Notes: a model not told the origin generated them from the sequence alone. Shown: positions 1-13,756, counted from the stretch's first letter. The stretch: 64,000 nucleotides of DNA from Felis catus (GCF_018350175.1 NC_058368.1:14820001-14884000); one strand, 5' to 3'. Translations and numbers: made by a program.

Positions 1-399
1 ATAGGGACTACTGTGTAACGTGGTTCTCTTGGGGTCTGCACTGACAGACAGAGTTGAAAAGAACTCTGGGAACACACAATGGGAAGAACAGTTAACCCAC
101 TCTCCTGGGCAGCCACATTTCTTCAGCTGATAAATATTTATTTGCTAGATTTTTTTACTCCTTCAAACACCTATGATGGGCCTACTCTGTTGCTAAGCTT
201 TGTGCCAAACATTATGATAACAAAACTTAATAGATGAAAAACATTGTTTTCCAAAGAAAATTGTCCTTCTGTTCCACATATTCCCCTCATTTGTATTCTA
301 GAACATCAGACTGCCAATCAGATCACATTCATCAATGTGTGCATGTCTTATGTTATCGCTAAGCAGGCAGATAACTATCATCAAAACTATAACACGTGA

Positions 400-617
400 G
401 GGCCACCTGGGTGGCTAGTCGGTTAAGCGTCTGACTTCACCTCGGGTCATGATCTTACAGTTTGTGGGTTTGAGCCCCACATCGGGCTCTGTGCTGATAA
501 TGCAGAGCCTGGAGCCTGCTTCGGATTCTGTGTTTCCCTCTCTCTCTGCTCCCCCACCATTTATGCTCTGTCTCTCAAAAATAAATGTTAAAAAAAAAAC
601 TAAAAAATAAAAAAAAA
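400..617 (+). mobile_element. Can-SINE (felid SINEC_Fc2-like)
   Basis: tRNA-derived head GGGCCACCTGGGTGGCT, CT-rich tract, A tail; TSD AAAACTATAACAC on both sides. Confidence 0.93.
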
Positions 618-1429
618 CTATAACACATAAGCAGGTTGCCAGCCAACTAACTCCCTTCCATCATATACCCATAGCCATCCTTTAAGCCCAAGACTCAAAG
701 AACACAGCAGCCAATGATCCAGCTTGGACAGTTTAGGTTTAATTCTGTTGGCAAGTGGGAAATGAAACATGATGAACTTTTGATGTTGTTTCCAACTCCA
801 GGATTCCAAGAACATAAAAGGAATGTAGCAATTGTTAAAGAAAAGTAACTGTCATCACCCAGCACAAAAAGACAGGAAAAGGCCGTTTCAGTGCCAAGCA
901 ACATGTATTCATTTACCTCTCAATCTCCAGTGACTAAAATCAAAGAATTTGTTAAACTATCAGAAATTGTAACATTTTCTGTGCTCTCTGCTCTGGCATC
1001 ATTTAGCCGTTTCCCTGCTCATAACCTCCCACTGCAGAAGTTGGGTATGGTCAGTAGATCACATTCAAATTTAGAAAACTGCTTCTTGTTAGAAGCCCTG
1101 ATAAAAGATTTGATAGTAAAGGAGGCTTAAACACAAAGTTATGAAAAAGATGGATTTCGGATACTCTGAGCACTTCAATTACTGGTGCTCTCACCCTCTA
1201 TCATTGATCTAGAGGTGGCTGTAACGTATTCCATCTAACAAAATAGAGTAACAGAAGACGACGTATAACCCTCTTCTCTAGGCCAACATACTGTGAGAAT
1301 TTTCCTTCAGGCATTACTGGACATTCTGATATCAAAGGATTAAGACAGATAGAGAAGTGTAAAACCAACGTTTTGCATAAAGATCTGATTTTATATGTCT
1401 ATACGGTGTTGTTAAATGTGAAGTTCCCA

Positions 1430-1604
1430 GGACACCTGGGTGGTTCAGTCAACTGAGCATCAGACTCTTGATTTCAACTCAGGTCATGATCCCAGGATTG
1501 AGCCCTGCATCGTGCTCTGCATTGAGCACGGAGCCTGCTTATGGTTCTCCCTTCTCCTCTTCCTCCCTCCACCCCTCTCCTCTGCTCCTGCTCTCACTCT
1601 CTCC

Positions 1605-1643
<39 letters not shown>

Positions 1644-1644
1644 A
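1430..1644 (+). mobile_element. Can-SINE (older carnivore subfamily) with (AAAT)n tail
   Basis: GGACACCTGGGTGGTTCAGTC head, CT tract, (AAAT)n tail 1605-1644; degenerate TSD AAATGTGAAGTTC/AAATTTGAGGTTC. Confidence 0.9.
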
Positions 1645-1696
1645 TTTGAGGTTCTTGAAATTCAGTGTGATAACAAGCTTAAAAAAGCAAGTTCCT

Positions 1697-1823
1697 GGGG
1701 CGCCTCAGTGGGTTAGTCAGTTAAGCATCTGAATCTTGGTTTCAGCTCAGGTTCTCTTGGTTCACAAGTTTGAGCCCTGATAGTTCTGCTATCAGCGTGG
1801 AGCCTGCTTAGGATTCTCTCTCT
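1697..1823 (+). mobile_element. Can-SINE, 3'-truncated
   Basis: GGGGCGCC...TCAGTTAAGCATCTG...GGAGCCTGCTTAGGATTCTCTCTCT; no A tail; CAAGTTCC on both flanks. Confidence 0.85.
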
Positions 1824-1869
1824 GGAACAAGTTCCACTTGTGGTTTAACATCTCTCAAAGCCAGGCCTT

Positions 1870-2192
1870 TTCTTGTCATCTTTCCCTTTACCCCTATCAC
1901 CACATCCGTCTAGAGCTTATTCTCCTACCTGTGGACCTTGGCATTTCCCGCCGGTGGATTTTCTCATTCCTATCTCCTTTCTCTCCAATCCATCCTGTTT
2001 AATTCTGCTAATCTACTCTTTCTTTTAAACTTTCAATATCTCTTTCCATGCTTCAGAAAAAAATCAATGGCTTTACCACCATCAAATTAAAGTTTATCTT
2101 CTGAGTCTGGCATTCCATCTGGTTCCAACCTACTTTTCAAGTCTACAGTAGTCATGCCATGTACCTGATACTTAGTAAGCATTGATTGGATA
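1870..2192 (+). mobile_element. L2 LINE 3' remnant
   Basis: Degenerate L2-like phrases (CTCTCCAATCCATCC, TCAATGGCTT, TAGTAAGCATTGATTGG) running into a GGAT tail. Confidence 0.55.
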
Positions 2193-2194
2193 GT

Positions 2195-2298
2195 TGGATG
2201 GATGGATGGATGGATGGATGGATGGATGTTTGGATAGATGGACGAATGGAGGATTGGATGCCTGGATGTTTGAATGGATGGATGGATGGATGGATGGA
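2195..2298. repeat. (TGGA)n microsatellite, interrupted
   Basis: Direct reading of tandem GGAT units. Confidence 0.95.
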
Positions 2299-3071
2299 CA
2301 TGAGGACGAATGCAAGGACTATGCTATAACCCAAAACACGGTCCTATTTATCTGCTTTACATATTCTTCTCAGAAAAGGACTTCTTCTTTCCTACTTGTA
2401 TGGGTTTTTGTATGACTTTTTTCTTCCACTTGGTATCCCTTCCTACCTAACTCTTTGCCTGTTCAAATCTCTCCTATGACTCAAGGCTCAGTTGAAGGTT
2501 CAAGCCTTACCTTCTTATCCACTCCAATCCAAAGTGATTTACCCCTTCCCTGAGCCCCTAGTCATCATTCAATAGATGTTTATTGAACTCGTTATTTACT
2601 AGCCCCTGTGCTAGGCCTTAAGAATACAACTGCCCTCATCCTTCGTCTCTTCTTTTCCAGTACAGATGTGTGTAGACTTACACTCCAAAGAATTCCTAGC
2701 ACACTGTTGTGAATTAACAATTCAGCAGAGGGTAAACTGCATTACCTACCAGTGGTTTTTGTCACAGGCTTGGACTCAGGTGGCTGAGTTGTCATCCTGG
2801 CACTATGACCACTGCTGACTTGGGCGAGTCAGGAAACCCCAGTTAGCTATCTTGAAACACATCCTGTTTCTAAAGGTCCTACATTTGGTTAGGGCAGAGG
2901 TAGTGCCTCCTGTTGGGGGGAGGATTCTTCAGCACCTCAGAGACTGCCTCTGGCACAATTTCCAAGAGCACAGCCTGTCATCAGAGCTCAGGTCCTGAGT
3001 TAACCCAACTCTGCCACTTAGATGTTCATCTCTTCGTGCCTCATATCAAATATGTTTATCATGTTGGTTAC

Positions 3072-3276
3072 TTTAACGTTTATTTATTTTTGAGACAGAG
3101 AGAGACACAGCATGAACGGGGGAGGGGCAGAGAGAGAGGGAGACACAGAATCGGAAGCAGGTTCCAGGCTCCGAGCCATCAGCCCAGAGCCCGACGCGGG
3201 GCTTGAACTCGCGGACCGCGAGACCGTGACCTGGCTGAAGTCGGACGCTTAACCGACTGCGCCACCCAGGCGCCCC
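3072..3276 (-). mobile_element. Young felid SINEC_Fc
   Basis: CpG-rich; reverse complement of GGGGCGCCTGGGTGGCGCAGTCGGTTAAGCGTCCGACTTCAGCCAGG; TSD CATGTTGGTTACTTT. Confidence 0.95.
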
Positions 3277-3420
3277 ACATGTTGGTTACTTTAAAAATGA
3301 GAAGAATTTAGACTATGAATCAAAAGAGAAAAAGTCCTCGATAAATTTCAGCTATTTTTATTAGCTTAAATGCATTTTTGCTTCCAAATAAGTACAAGCC
3401 AAATGTGTACCTAATATAAA

Positions 3421-3644
3421 TTTTTTAATGTTTATTTATTTTTGAGAGACAAAGAGAGACAGAGCATGAGTGGGGGCAGGGCAGAGAGAGAGAGAGAAGG
3501 AGACACAGAATCTGAAGCAGGCTCCAGGCTCTGAGCCATCAGCACAAAGCCCAACGCGGGGCTCGAACTTGGGAATGGCAAGATTATGACCTGAGCCAGT
3601 CGGATGTTTCACCACTTAACTGACTGAGCCACCTAGGTGTCCCC
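3421..3644 (-). mobile_element. Can-SINE (felid)
   Basis: Minus-strand head/body/tail; long TSD CCAAATGTGTACCTAATATAAA. Confidence 0.93.
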
Positions 3645-4599
3645 AAATGTGTACCTAATATAAACAAAAAATAGAACATAGTATGTAGCTTCTGGGCACT
3701 ATACACTTAAACTCCTAAGTGAATTTCGATAAAATACAGCATATAGGTGCCCCTTCTCACTTTGGGAACAGGAATTCTACTAGTATAATTATTTTGGTGA
3801 ATAGCATACTTTGAATTAGCATCAGGGAAATGGTGTAAAATGAAGATGAGATATGGTACATGCTCTGATTTCCATCAGGCTTCCACTGAAATGATGCTGT
3901 GAACGTCATTAACAAGGATGGCCACCTGCTACCACAGGTAGCACTGTTTTAACTTAAGACCCCTTGGAATCTGTCACAACTTTCAGTTTTGTGGGATCCA
4001 GAGATTTGTATTCCCCTGAGAAAACCATCCTCAGTTGAAATGTCCCTACATTAGAAAAGAAACTGTATGTGTATTATATGCAATTCATAAAGGAAGTAGT
4101 TTATGGCATACAATGCTTAATATTCTATCAATTAATTTTCAGTTCTTACCTAGTGCTTCAGTTATTATATGAAAATCTAACCCCAAGTAAAGACATCCCA
4201 TTTATTGCATCAGAGTTTATCTCTGACGGCACTTAGCATAATGCCAAGCCCACTGTATCTCAAAAAACATGGGTGGTTATAATTGCCAGATGTACTGGGA
4301 AAAGTCCTTGAATGAGTATCACCATACCTGGGTTCTGAGCCTAGACTTGACACAAACATTGTACAAACTTGAAACAGTTCCTTAAGTTCTCTTGGTTATC
4401 AGCTTCTATACTGGCTCCAATATGTTTTATCGCAGTAATTTATACGATGAAGATATAAAAAAAAGAAGAAAATTCTTTTTGGTGTGATACAGCAACAAGA
4501 ATAGTTCTATATGCATTATTACATGTAATCCTCAATATACATTATTGCATTGAACCCTCTCTGCTGTAAAGGAGACAGACTCTATCTGACAAGAGTTAG

Positions 4600-4720
4600 T
4601 TAGATGTTATTTGTATCCCTATTTCACAGATTAAAAAAACAACTTAGCCAGATTCAACAGAAGATGTGTAGAAATTTGAAACTGTATCAGTTACAATTCA
4701 AAACCAGGCTCTTAACTACC
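4600..4720 (-). mobile_element. MIR fragment
   Basis: ATCCCTATTTCACAGATTAAAAAAAC...TCTTAACTAC resembles the MIR core in reverse. Confidence 0.5.
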
Positions 4721-5181
4721 AAGCTACAGGAAAACAAACCTATTCAAAGCATAGAAACACGTACCCTTACAATTGTGTATTATAAATTTCAGTTAATAAA
4801 ACCATTTTAATAATAGTCATCACATATATTGTACACTAATAGTTTATAACAAAAAATGTCTAATAAAATTTTTAAAAAGGAAGTTTGAATTATTTCTTTG
4901 ATCCTAGGAAGATATATTCTGTTTTCTGACTCTTTTTATGTGAAATCTGAATTTATATCTTTTCCATTAACTTGTCATTACACATACTTGTCCCAGGAGA
5001 CTGAGCTGCTTACAGTGAGTTAAAAAAACCACTACAGATAAATATGGACTTCCCCTGCTCTGAGTTTCCGCCTTGAATTGCTCTGTACGGACAGAGATTC
5101 AAACAAAGGCAATAAAAGCATCTGCTATTTACACATTTCCAAAGCAGGACTGTGGAATCCATTCCCCCTCGCTGGAATGAG

Positions 5182-5195
5182 ATCTCCATGGTGAC
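5182..5195 (-). promoter_or_regulatory. RFX X-box-like motif
   Basis: GTCACCATGGAGAT on the minus strand; motif match only. Confidence 0.3.
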
Positions 5196-8149
5196 GCTGA
5201 CATCACAGAGAAGGGCGAGATTTTCAGCATAGTCTACATTTTCTTTCCAAGAGCGCCCTCTACCAACAAAATGGAAAAACTCTGCAGCCACGGCCTATTT
5301 TTTTGAAGCCACACAAGTCATTGTGTCTTTATCAGGTGCCTCTCTTTGTGTGAAACATTAAAATATTTTACCATCAAAATACATTAATGTATTTTAAGTG
5401 AGATTGCAATCACAAAAATAAAAGCCAGGAAATTCAGTCCATCTATTGGAATCACTGAGTATGGCATATCCTTTCCATTTTTTTCTTTTTTAAATACTCA
5501 TTTATAATTTCTCATTCTTCTTGGTGCCAGTTAAAGGGGACAGGGTGAAAGGTCCAGTTTTAATGAGATGTTCTTTACCAAAAAGGAATGCTTACACCTA
5601 CCTGTGTTTAAAAAAATCCAACCACGTTATGTATCTAAAGCACCAGAATCAATCACCTCCTTCTTTCTGCACAATTCATAATGTGACCATTATAATTAGC
5701 TTTCAGTTAAAACTTGGCACATGTGGGCGTCCTCATCCTGCCAAAACCTAATTTCGATAAGGTTTCTCTTCCAATTTCATTCCATATTTGGCTTCTTTTC
5801 TCCACTCTTAGCATTGAGTGTTGTTATGCACGTGATATTACAAGTCAACCACTGAATTTTTCTGTTCTATACTCATGTAATTTCATACATTTCTGGTCCT
5901 AAGACATGTCGACAATTTGTTTTATAGCCAAATATCAGGAATGTGTTATGCCATGTTACTGTCATAAAAATACATTCTCCATCGTTTCTTTATCACCTTT
6001 TCATTTCTTTGATAATGCACTTAAGCAAATGATAATTTATTCTACAACGGTTCTTCTAGCAAGAAATTTCTGATAAAGAAAAATCCTTTAAGGAAACTCT
6101 GGTTCTTGCCCAGGGGAAGACACAGTCATTAATAAAAGAAAGAAATGACTCAAATAATAATAACAGAGAGAGGAAAATAAAGAGCCTCAAACTACTTTTT
6201 TTTACAAGTTTGAAGCTCTAAGACCTTTTTTTTTTTTTGCAAAAACAGATAATATTGTTGAAATTCAGAATGGCTGAGATTTATGAAATAATATGCTGAT
6301 GCTTTAAAAAATGGAAAAGAAAATGTCCTCTGTTGAAATGTAAGCAATTTAATTTGCTGAATCAATAAAAAAAAAATTAACAATCACAAAGTGGGAAGTA
6401 CATTCCTTTCTTGATCGTGTTCTCAGCTGCTCGTCTACATGAACAACAGCTAGGACAGCACGTCGTGGAACATACTCTGACAGAACGCTCTCCTTAGAGA
6501 AACGGAGTCACTAAAACACTCGCTAATGTAAGACATGTGGCAGGGTTCTTGGCATGCAAGTAAAGTTAAGACACTCGCATTACAAAGGGTAGGTTTCAAA
6601 CCCAGAGAAATAAAACCAACCCACAAAACCTGTGTCTGGCCAACACCCTCAGATACAGTTTCTCTGCGTCAGGAGTTAAAAATGTAATTAAAGCAACTAG
6701 TTGCTATCTTGTGATTTTGTTAACTCTTACTCAACTTGCATGTGACCAGTGAATCACATGGCTGTGAATTTCCCTCCTGATGTTTTCAAAGGAGCCCAAT
6801 GCCAGTGCCAAGGCCTACAATGTGCCAGGCCCCAAAGAGACTTGACTCACATCCTTATATTGATTCCTCACAAGGACCCTTTGGTGAAGGACCCTAATTT
6901 TTAAAAAAATTTGCAAGAAAATCACAATCCAAAGAACTGGTATCTGTTTGAGGGATAAAAACATAATAAAGGTAATCAATCTGCCTTTTATGTTCTTGCA
7001 TGTTGGCTTGTCACTTAAGGTTAGAGGCAAAAAAATGATATTCCCAAAGCCATGGAAGTATGTGTCTAACATGTATAAATGTTGCCTGATGTTGAAGTAC
7101 GGGAGTTGGTTGCTTTAAATATCTCTATTTCTGTATTTCTAATCTACTTGTCTGGGTATACAGCTTGACATTAGAAGGGATTTTTTCATGGTTCAAATTA
7201 GTCTTCTCAAGTGAGTGATGTTTTCCAATGACAGCCCCGTAAAGGTGAATCTCCAAAATGGCTGCTACCACTGTCACCATCACCGCCCTGAGCCTAGCCC
7301 CCTAGCCATCAGCACCATGGCCACCATCACCATCACCACTTCCATGGTGGGAGCCCTCATAAAACTTCGGAAGTTTTTTGGTTTTTGTTTTTGTTTTACA
7401 TAAGCTGAGGACAGAGCCTTTTGTCTTCTATGTGTTCAGTATGGGTCAGTGTTCTGCTCATCAGATACTGAACCACTTCTAACTGAGAATGATGATCCCA
7501 GTAGTATCTAGTACAAATTTAACCTAAAATTACATTATAAAACTATTAAGTGCAAAAATTACTTTTTTTAGACCCAAACTTAAATGCAGCTAATAAAAAC
7601 ATTTATATAGCATCAAAACTATTGCTGGAGAAAAGTACTTCATCTTCCAAAACTATGCTTCAGAGCAAGTCAGCTTTTAAAATTGCCAATAAAAACATTC
7701 TCTGGAGTTGTTTGAATAATAATACCATTTTCGCATAATTGTATGAAGATCCAAGCACAGCTAATAAAAGGCTGAGAGAGAGATGGCAATGGCAAGACAA
7801 AAAATTTTACAGTCTCAAATGAAGGCTTGGTTTAAAACATTGTTTCTATAAATAAATGTTGATCTGGATATCCAACTATGAATACGCACTTGGAGATATT
7901 CCCTCCTCAATGATCTTTCAGACAATTATGTATGGTGACCAAAACACACTAGGCCAATATCTCTTCTTTGTCTTCATCTTATACCATGTATATGAGTTTC
8001 CATAATTCCTTTTTATCTAAATTTAGAGATGAGTGAATAACACAGGGCTGGTTGCTATTTCCACAAAGCATGAGATAGAAGTGTAAATAAAGCATGAGGA
8101 CTTCAAATGCCTATGGAGGCCTGGAAGGTAACAAACAGTGAAGTGGGCC

Positions 8150-8478
8150 AGGCATGATACAACACAGTGTAAATGGGGTGATAAATGGTAATTAACATAG
8201 TCAGACAATAGGAAATCGGTGAGGAGTGTAATAAACTGGAACCCTCCCTTCACCTAAATGGGGCAGCAGCAGTTACTTGACAATTGTTATGCAGCAAAGT
8301 GAGCCCAGGGCTGCTACACTGATTTTTTAAGAAAAAGTGAAATCAGATTTTTATTTGAAAGTCCTCGATTTTTAGAAGTTGGCAATAACTTCATTTTTTA
8401 TAAAAAACATCGTGCGCTCCAAATAAAACACACCTGTGTCCTGGATTCAACCCGTGGGCAGGCAGTTTCCAATCTCTA
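8150..8478 (-). mobile_element. hAT-Charlie MITE, MER102-like
   Basis: Ends CAAATAAAACACACCTGTGTCCTGGATTCAACCCGTGGGCAGGCAGTTTCCAATCTCT, matching recalled MER102 5' end in reverse; internal GTTGGCAATAACTTCA. Confidence 0.7.
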
Positions 8479-8672
8479 GGGGAGAATTCCTAAACTAAGT
8501 GGCTATTAGCCATGGTTAATGTGCACAAGGCTGGTCTCCATAACTGTGCCAAAGTCCCAAGGAAGGCAACCAGGCTTACCAACTGACTCCAATTCCTATA
8601 ATTTCCAAAAGTAGGGTAGGATGTAGTCAAGACCCAACACTTCTGAAAATTGGAGCCTGTGAAAGACTTGTC

Positions 8673-8673
<1 letters not shown>

Positions 8674-8715
<42 letters not shown>

Positions 8716-8739
8716 TGTGTGGGTGTGTGTGCACACGCA
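8674..8739. repeat. (GT)n(GC)n alternating purine-pyrimidine tract
   Basis: Direct reading. Confidence 0.95.
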
Positions 8740-9639
8740 AGAGTACGCTTTGGGTGCGTCCACATTCACTTACACGGTTGTCCTGGGAAACGGGTGGATT
8801 TGTCACAGCTGAGATTAGTTTTTGTGTCCTTCCTCTCTTCTACACTCTCCCTTCTCCCTTCCTGGGAGGGAAGGGGAGTGAAATACACAGCTTGAGGTAT
8901 CAGTAACACAAAATTTCAGAGCAAATGTTACCAGCTCAGTAGAGATGGAACCAAATGAACTCCCTGTAATAAAGAGTACAAACACATTCTACGCATCTCT
9001 CTCCCGCCCCTTACAACATCTCCTGGCTATAAGGTCTAATCATGGTTTCAAAAGCTACCAGTTTCTTTTAAAAAATTAAAGGTCTCTTCTTGAAAAAATG
9101 AAAATCAGTCCATAAGCAGTAGTTTTCTTCTTAATCACATCTGCTCTGCCCAATTGCCAAAAACACCCATGACTACTAAAAATTATTAGAAATGTTAACT
9201 CTAGTTGGAAAGAGGCAGAGTAAATAAAACTCAGCCATCTAAGGAAATAGATTTGGGGCCTAAAACATGAAAGTGAGGAAAAACTCAAGCTTTTCACAAA
9301 TAATTTCGAACGGTTGATTTTTATTTAGGTGTCTCCCAAGTCAGGAGTAAGCTGACATGAGGCTTCTTTCCTTTCATAAACTTATATTATTGCTGGCCTT
9401 CTCTCACAGTGTGATGATTAACTCTGAATATCCTTAATGGCACATAAAGGGTTAGGTCCATTTGTACAGGGAACATCTATCTAGCACAGGGAGGCGCTCT
9501 TGATGTCTGGTTGAGAACATGCTCACGTTTACACTTTTTTATTACATTTTAGTTCTCATTCAACAATGCACCAATACAGAATGGCATACAAGAGTGGCTT
9601 TCCATGACTATAGCAGCCTTGAAAGGCTTTGCATGGTAG

Positions 9640-9840
9640 TCTGGAATCGCAGAAAGTCAGGCTTAAATCTCAATTCCATTAATTACTAGCTGGATGACTT
9701 GCGTCAATTACTCAACATTTGGAAATCTCCTTTCTCCATAGAGAGAGTGATGATAATGTTCTATCCATCTCTCAGGATGGTAGAAAGAATTTGCTGAGGT
9801 AATACCCAGACATGTCTCAAGCAGAGGAAGTGTTTAGTAA
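9640..9840 (+). mobile_element. MIR
   Basis: GGCTTAAATCTCAATTCCATTAATTACTAGCTGGATGACTTG...TTTCTCCAT core-like text. Confidence 0.6.
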
Positions 9841-10677
9841 AAGTCAAAAAACAGTATATAGGCCTTAATTTAATGTTGCTGAAGCATAAACTTCCAAGAT
9901 TACGCTCAGAAAAGTCAACAATCATGGAATAGAAGGCAGAGCAAATCAGCAGTTTCTCGTTTGTCCTTCCCTTGTACTGTTTTTATGCTGAAAATTATTC
10001 CATCTAATGGCTGTCAGACTTTAGACAACCATAAGACATTAGAACTACAATCAACACTAACCAAAGTGCATGAAAATAACATTTTCTTTCCGTCTGTGGG
10101 TTATCCATTTTTCTTTCACATGTGAAGAGTACAATGCAATAACTCTATTAATATAAGCTATCTCCTTACATCCCCTGAAAATCATATTCTTTTCAAGTGC
10201 CTGACAAGTAGAGGACTAAACATTCCCTCCATGCTGAAACATTTGTCCATGCCAATCATAACTTCCTTAATGTTCAAGGAAATGAAATCTAAGCATGAAT
10301 TGCCAGGATGAGCAGCAATTTACAGCTTTAAAACCATTTAAAAAAAAAGCGTAATCATTCAATGTGAATCTCAATATTGAGGTTCTCTCCTTGTGTGTCT
10401 TGTGCCTCTATCATTAGGTCTCATCAGATATAAAAAAGGTCAAAATCACCATAGACAGCAGCTATGCTCATCAAATATGTTTAAACAAATCATAATAATT
10501 TAATGTCTAAAGTAACTGAGATGGAAACTTCTTTTTGCATTATTTGTAGTGTTATACTGCCCTTCAGTGTCCAAACACATGAACTGTTAACAACATTTGA
10601 GCTCAAGAAATGCCTTTGCATGAACCTTTACCATGAACAAAGAAGTTATTTTTTTACAATATCTCAGTGAAGGGTGT

Positions 10678-11146
10678 TGCTATGGTTTAAAGTATGCCTC
10701 CTTCCCGAACTCATATGTTGAAATCCTAATTCCCAGTACCCTCAAAATGTAACTTTACTTGGAAATTATGGTCATTGCAGATGTGATTAGTTAAGATGAA
10801 GTCATGCTGGAATGGGACGGGCCCCTAATCTAATATGACTGTTGGCCTTATAAGAAGGGGAAATTTGGAGACAGACATGCACACAGGAAGAACACCATCT
10901 GATGAGGAAGGCAGAGCTCGGGGTGATGCTTCTAGAGGTCAAAGAATGTCAAAGCCAGCCAGCAAACCACCAGAAAATAAGAGCCCCGGGTGGAGCAGAT
11001 TCTCCCTCACAGCCCTTAGAAAGAATCAACACTGCCCAAACCTTGATTTTGGACTTCTAGCCTTCAGAAATGAGAGACAATAAATTTTGGTTGTTTAAGC
11101 CACCCACTTCTGGTAATTTGCTATGGCAGCCTTGGCAAACCAACAT
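10678..11146 (+). mobile_element. MaLR solo LTR, MLT1C-like
   Basis: TG...CA termini; TCATATGTTGAAATCCTAA, GGACTTCTAGCCTTCAGAA, AATAAA, TTGCTATGGCAGCC; GGGTGT on both flanks. Confidence 0.85.
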
Positions 11147-12962
11147 GGGTGTGTATTTTTATGCACACAAAAATGTAGAATAACATAAAATTTCTCACAG
11201 AACACACTCATCTCACTTTAACTACAAGGATAAGAAGGAGAGTTCAAACACAACAGATCATTGTTAAACTCTAAACTGAAGATTTTTCCTAGTAACATCA
11301 GCTGTTCATGGCTTGTTTTTTTCTATTGGTAAGTTCTAGAGAGTTTCAGAGACAAGCTCTAAAGCCTAGAACATTTTATTCAAGTATTATAGATGTTGTG
11401 CTAACTTGAAAGAGAGGCAAACACATGGTTTTTATTTCTTTCGCACTTATGCCAGTTAGCTCTTATGCTACAATAACCAATTCTTGATTGTGTGAGAGTT
11501 GTGCAGACCCTGGATTATCCAGACTCTTATTTTCTCTTTGCCTTTTCTGCTTTGTTCATTGTCAGCCAGTTGTTTTACATTATATATGCAGGATAGAATA
11601 TTAAGAACAGGAAAGCCTTTATGGACACCTCCTTGAATTCTAAGATAGGAGCAGGGAGAGAACGAATCATGACAATTCCCCAGGAGAAACTGGGTTAAGA
11701 GATAGGACCCTGGACCGTGGTGAATGAGAACTAGTTTGCCTTCATCTTGACTCTAAATCACTCTTGTGTGATCCTGATGTCTCTGAGTGCCAGTTTTGTC
11801 TTCTCTAAGTAGGGATTATACTAAATGAGTGGTGGTAATGCCTTTTTTAGCTCTTTCGTTTCATGATTTAGAAAGGAACACATGCAATGGACAAATGGGG
11901 AAGGCAAATGTTTATTGCAAGCCCAGTATGTCCAAGGCCCTAAAGATAAAATGTACCTTTATCACCATATCGAGGAGTTGGAATAGTGGGGAACAACGAA
12001 AATATCATTGATTTTATAATTTATTAGATGTTCCTATTGAATATTTTGGAAGGGTAGGCTACCAATAGGAAGCTTTGGGGGAATGTTTATGACTATTAAG
12101 ACTGTGATTGTAAATACTGGATTTCATGCTAAGGTTAAAGGTTATCACTAAATTTTTAGCATATTTTAGTCAATGATAACCTTAAAACTTCAATGTTCCA
12201 GATGTTTCTAGAACCATGAAATAGTTAAATTATCACTGCAGCATTACAGCAACTTGGGAACCCCCCTCTTTTTAGATACAAAAATATTTCTAGAATCAGG
12301 AAATAGTTAAATTATGACTACTGTTTTATAAAGTTAACCTTGGGAGAAAGAGTCTTTTTTAAATTAACAAACACTTTTTTTAAAAATGCAATAAAGTCCT
12401 CTTGTATTAAACTATAAGAAGATAATTGGGACTAATCAAGAATTACTATGGGTCCTTTTCTGTAAAGAACTTCTGAAAATGAATTAAATTTAGAATATAA
12501 GGGGGTGTGTAAAATTAAAGACATTCAAAGGAATAACGCCGTGAAGTGCCAGGTTTTGAGAACTTATAATATAGGGTTGTGAGACACAAAGAAACCCCTG
12601 TCACTGACAATGAGACTATAAGAATTCCAGGAGCAAACATTTTGTAAAAGAGGAAACGAACATGCAAACTGTATGACTGCATGATTGAAGAATTCATAGA
12701 TGGTGCCAGGGTCTTAAAACTCTCCACATTGCTCTCCTATTTGGCAGGTTCACTTTGCTGCCTAAATCTCTGCCTCCTTGAAACCATTAAAGGCAGCTAA
12801 CCAAATTATACTGAGGCACGTGGCCAGAAATATTTATTTTCATATCATAAATTTACATCTTCACTAATGACTTGCTAGGACATATTTTTTAATGTTCTTG
12901 CATCCAAGTTTTTCTGCACATACAAAAATGTGATCATCAAAAGTAAACATTCTTATGACTTC

Positions 12963-13287
12963 CAAGGGGTTTGTAAACTGAGACTTGGCCAAATCTGGCC
13001 CCACTGTCTGTTTTTATACAGTCCATGAGCTAAGAATGGTTTTTACATTTTAAAGTAACAAAAAAAATTCAAAAGAAAAATAACATTTTGTGTCAGGTGA
13101 AATTCAAATATCAGGGTTCATGAATAAAGTTTTATTGGAACACAGCCATGCTCATGTTTCCCTATAGTCTATGGCCACTTCTGAGCTACAATGACGGAAT
13201 CTAGTAGCTGCCACAGAAACCATATAGCTCAGAAAGCCTAAAATATCTTCTATCTGACTGTTTTCAGAACAAGTTTGCCAATCCCTG
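12963..13287 (+). mobile_element. hAT-Charlie MITE, MER58B-like
   Basis: Termini CAAGGGGTTTGTAAACT / AGTTTGCCAATCCCTG; internal AATAAAGTTTTATTGGAACACAGCCATGCTC. Confidence 0.85.
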
Positions 13288-13756
13288 ATTTATGTCAAAT
13301 TCATAATTTGACATGAAACCAGAAAGTTCCTTTACAGCACATACCAGGTCTTAGGTCCCAAGGGCAATTCATTCATCATCCTAAACCTAGCAGTCTCCTC
13401 AACACAGGGTAGGTACTTCAAGAATGTGTCATTCATAATGCTAATAATTTTTTAAAAATAAATACATACAACTGTCTTTCAGTGAGCATGATAGGAATAT
13501 TCCTGTAGATGGCAACACCTTGCTACTCTGCTGAGACCAACAATCCAGGCTAAGTGAGCACCAGCCATTTGTATCCATATGACCTGCTGATCCACCAGTG
13601 CCACCAATTCTTTGTTCTGACTTGAATTTAACAGAATTAACACCAGCATCTGGAGCTTCTGTACTGTGTACACACAGCCATAATTCCATCTGATACTGAC
13701 ATGCTCTTTTTTAGCCAAATTTTATTCATTTGGTTGTAAGTGATGTTTCCACGTTA

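Noticed and set aside
1..14. Possible Tigger/MER44-type terminal repeat (GGGACTACTG)
   Set aside because: Only about 10 nt visible at the window edge; insufficient to call.
4145..4260. Minus-strand candidate coding exon ending TAG/GTAAGA
   Set aside because: Stop codons in all three frames and a weak acceptor.
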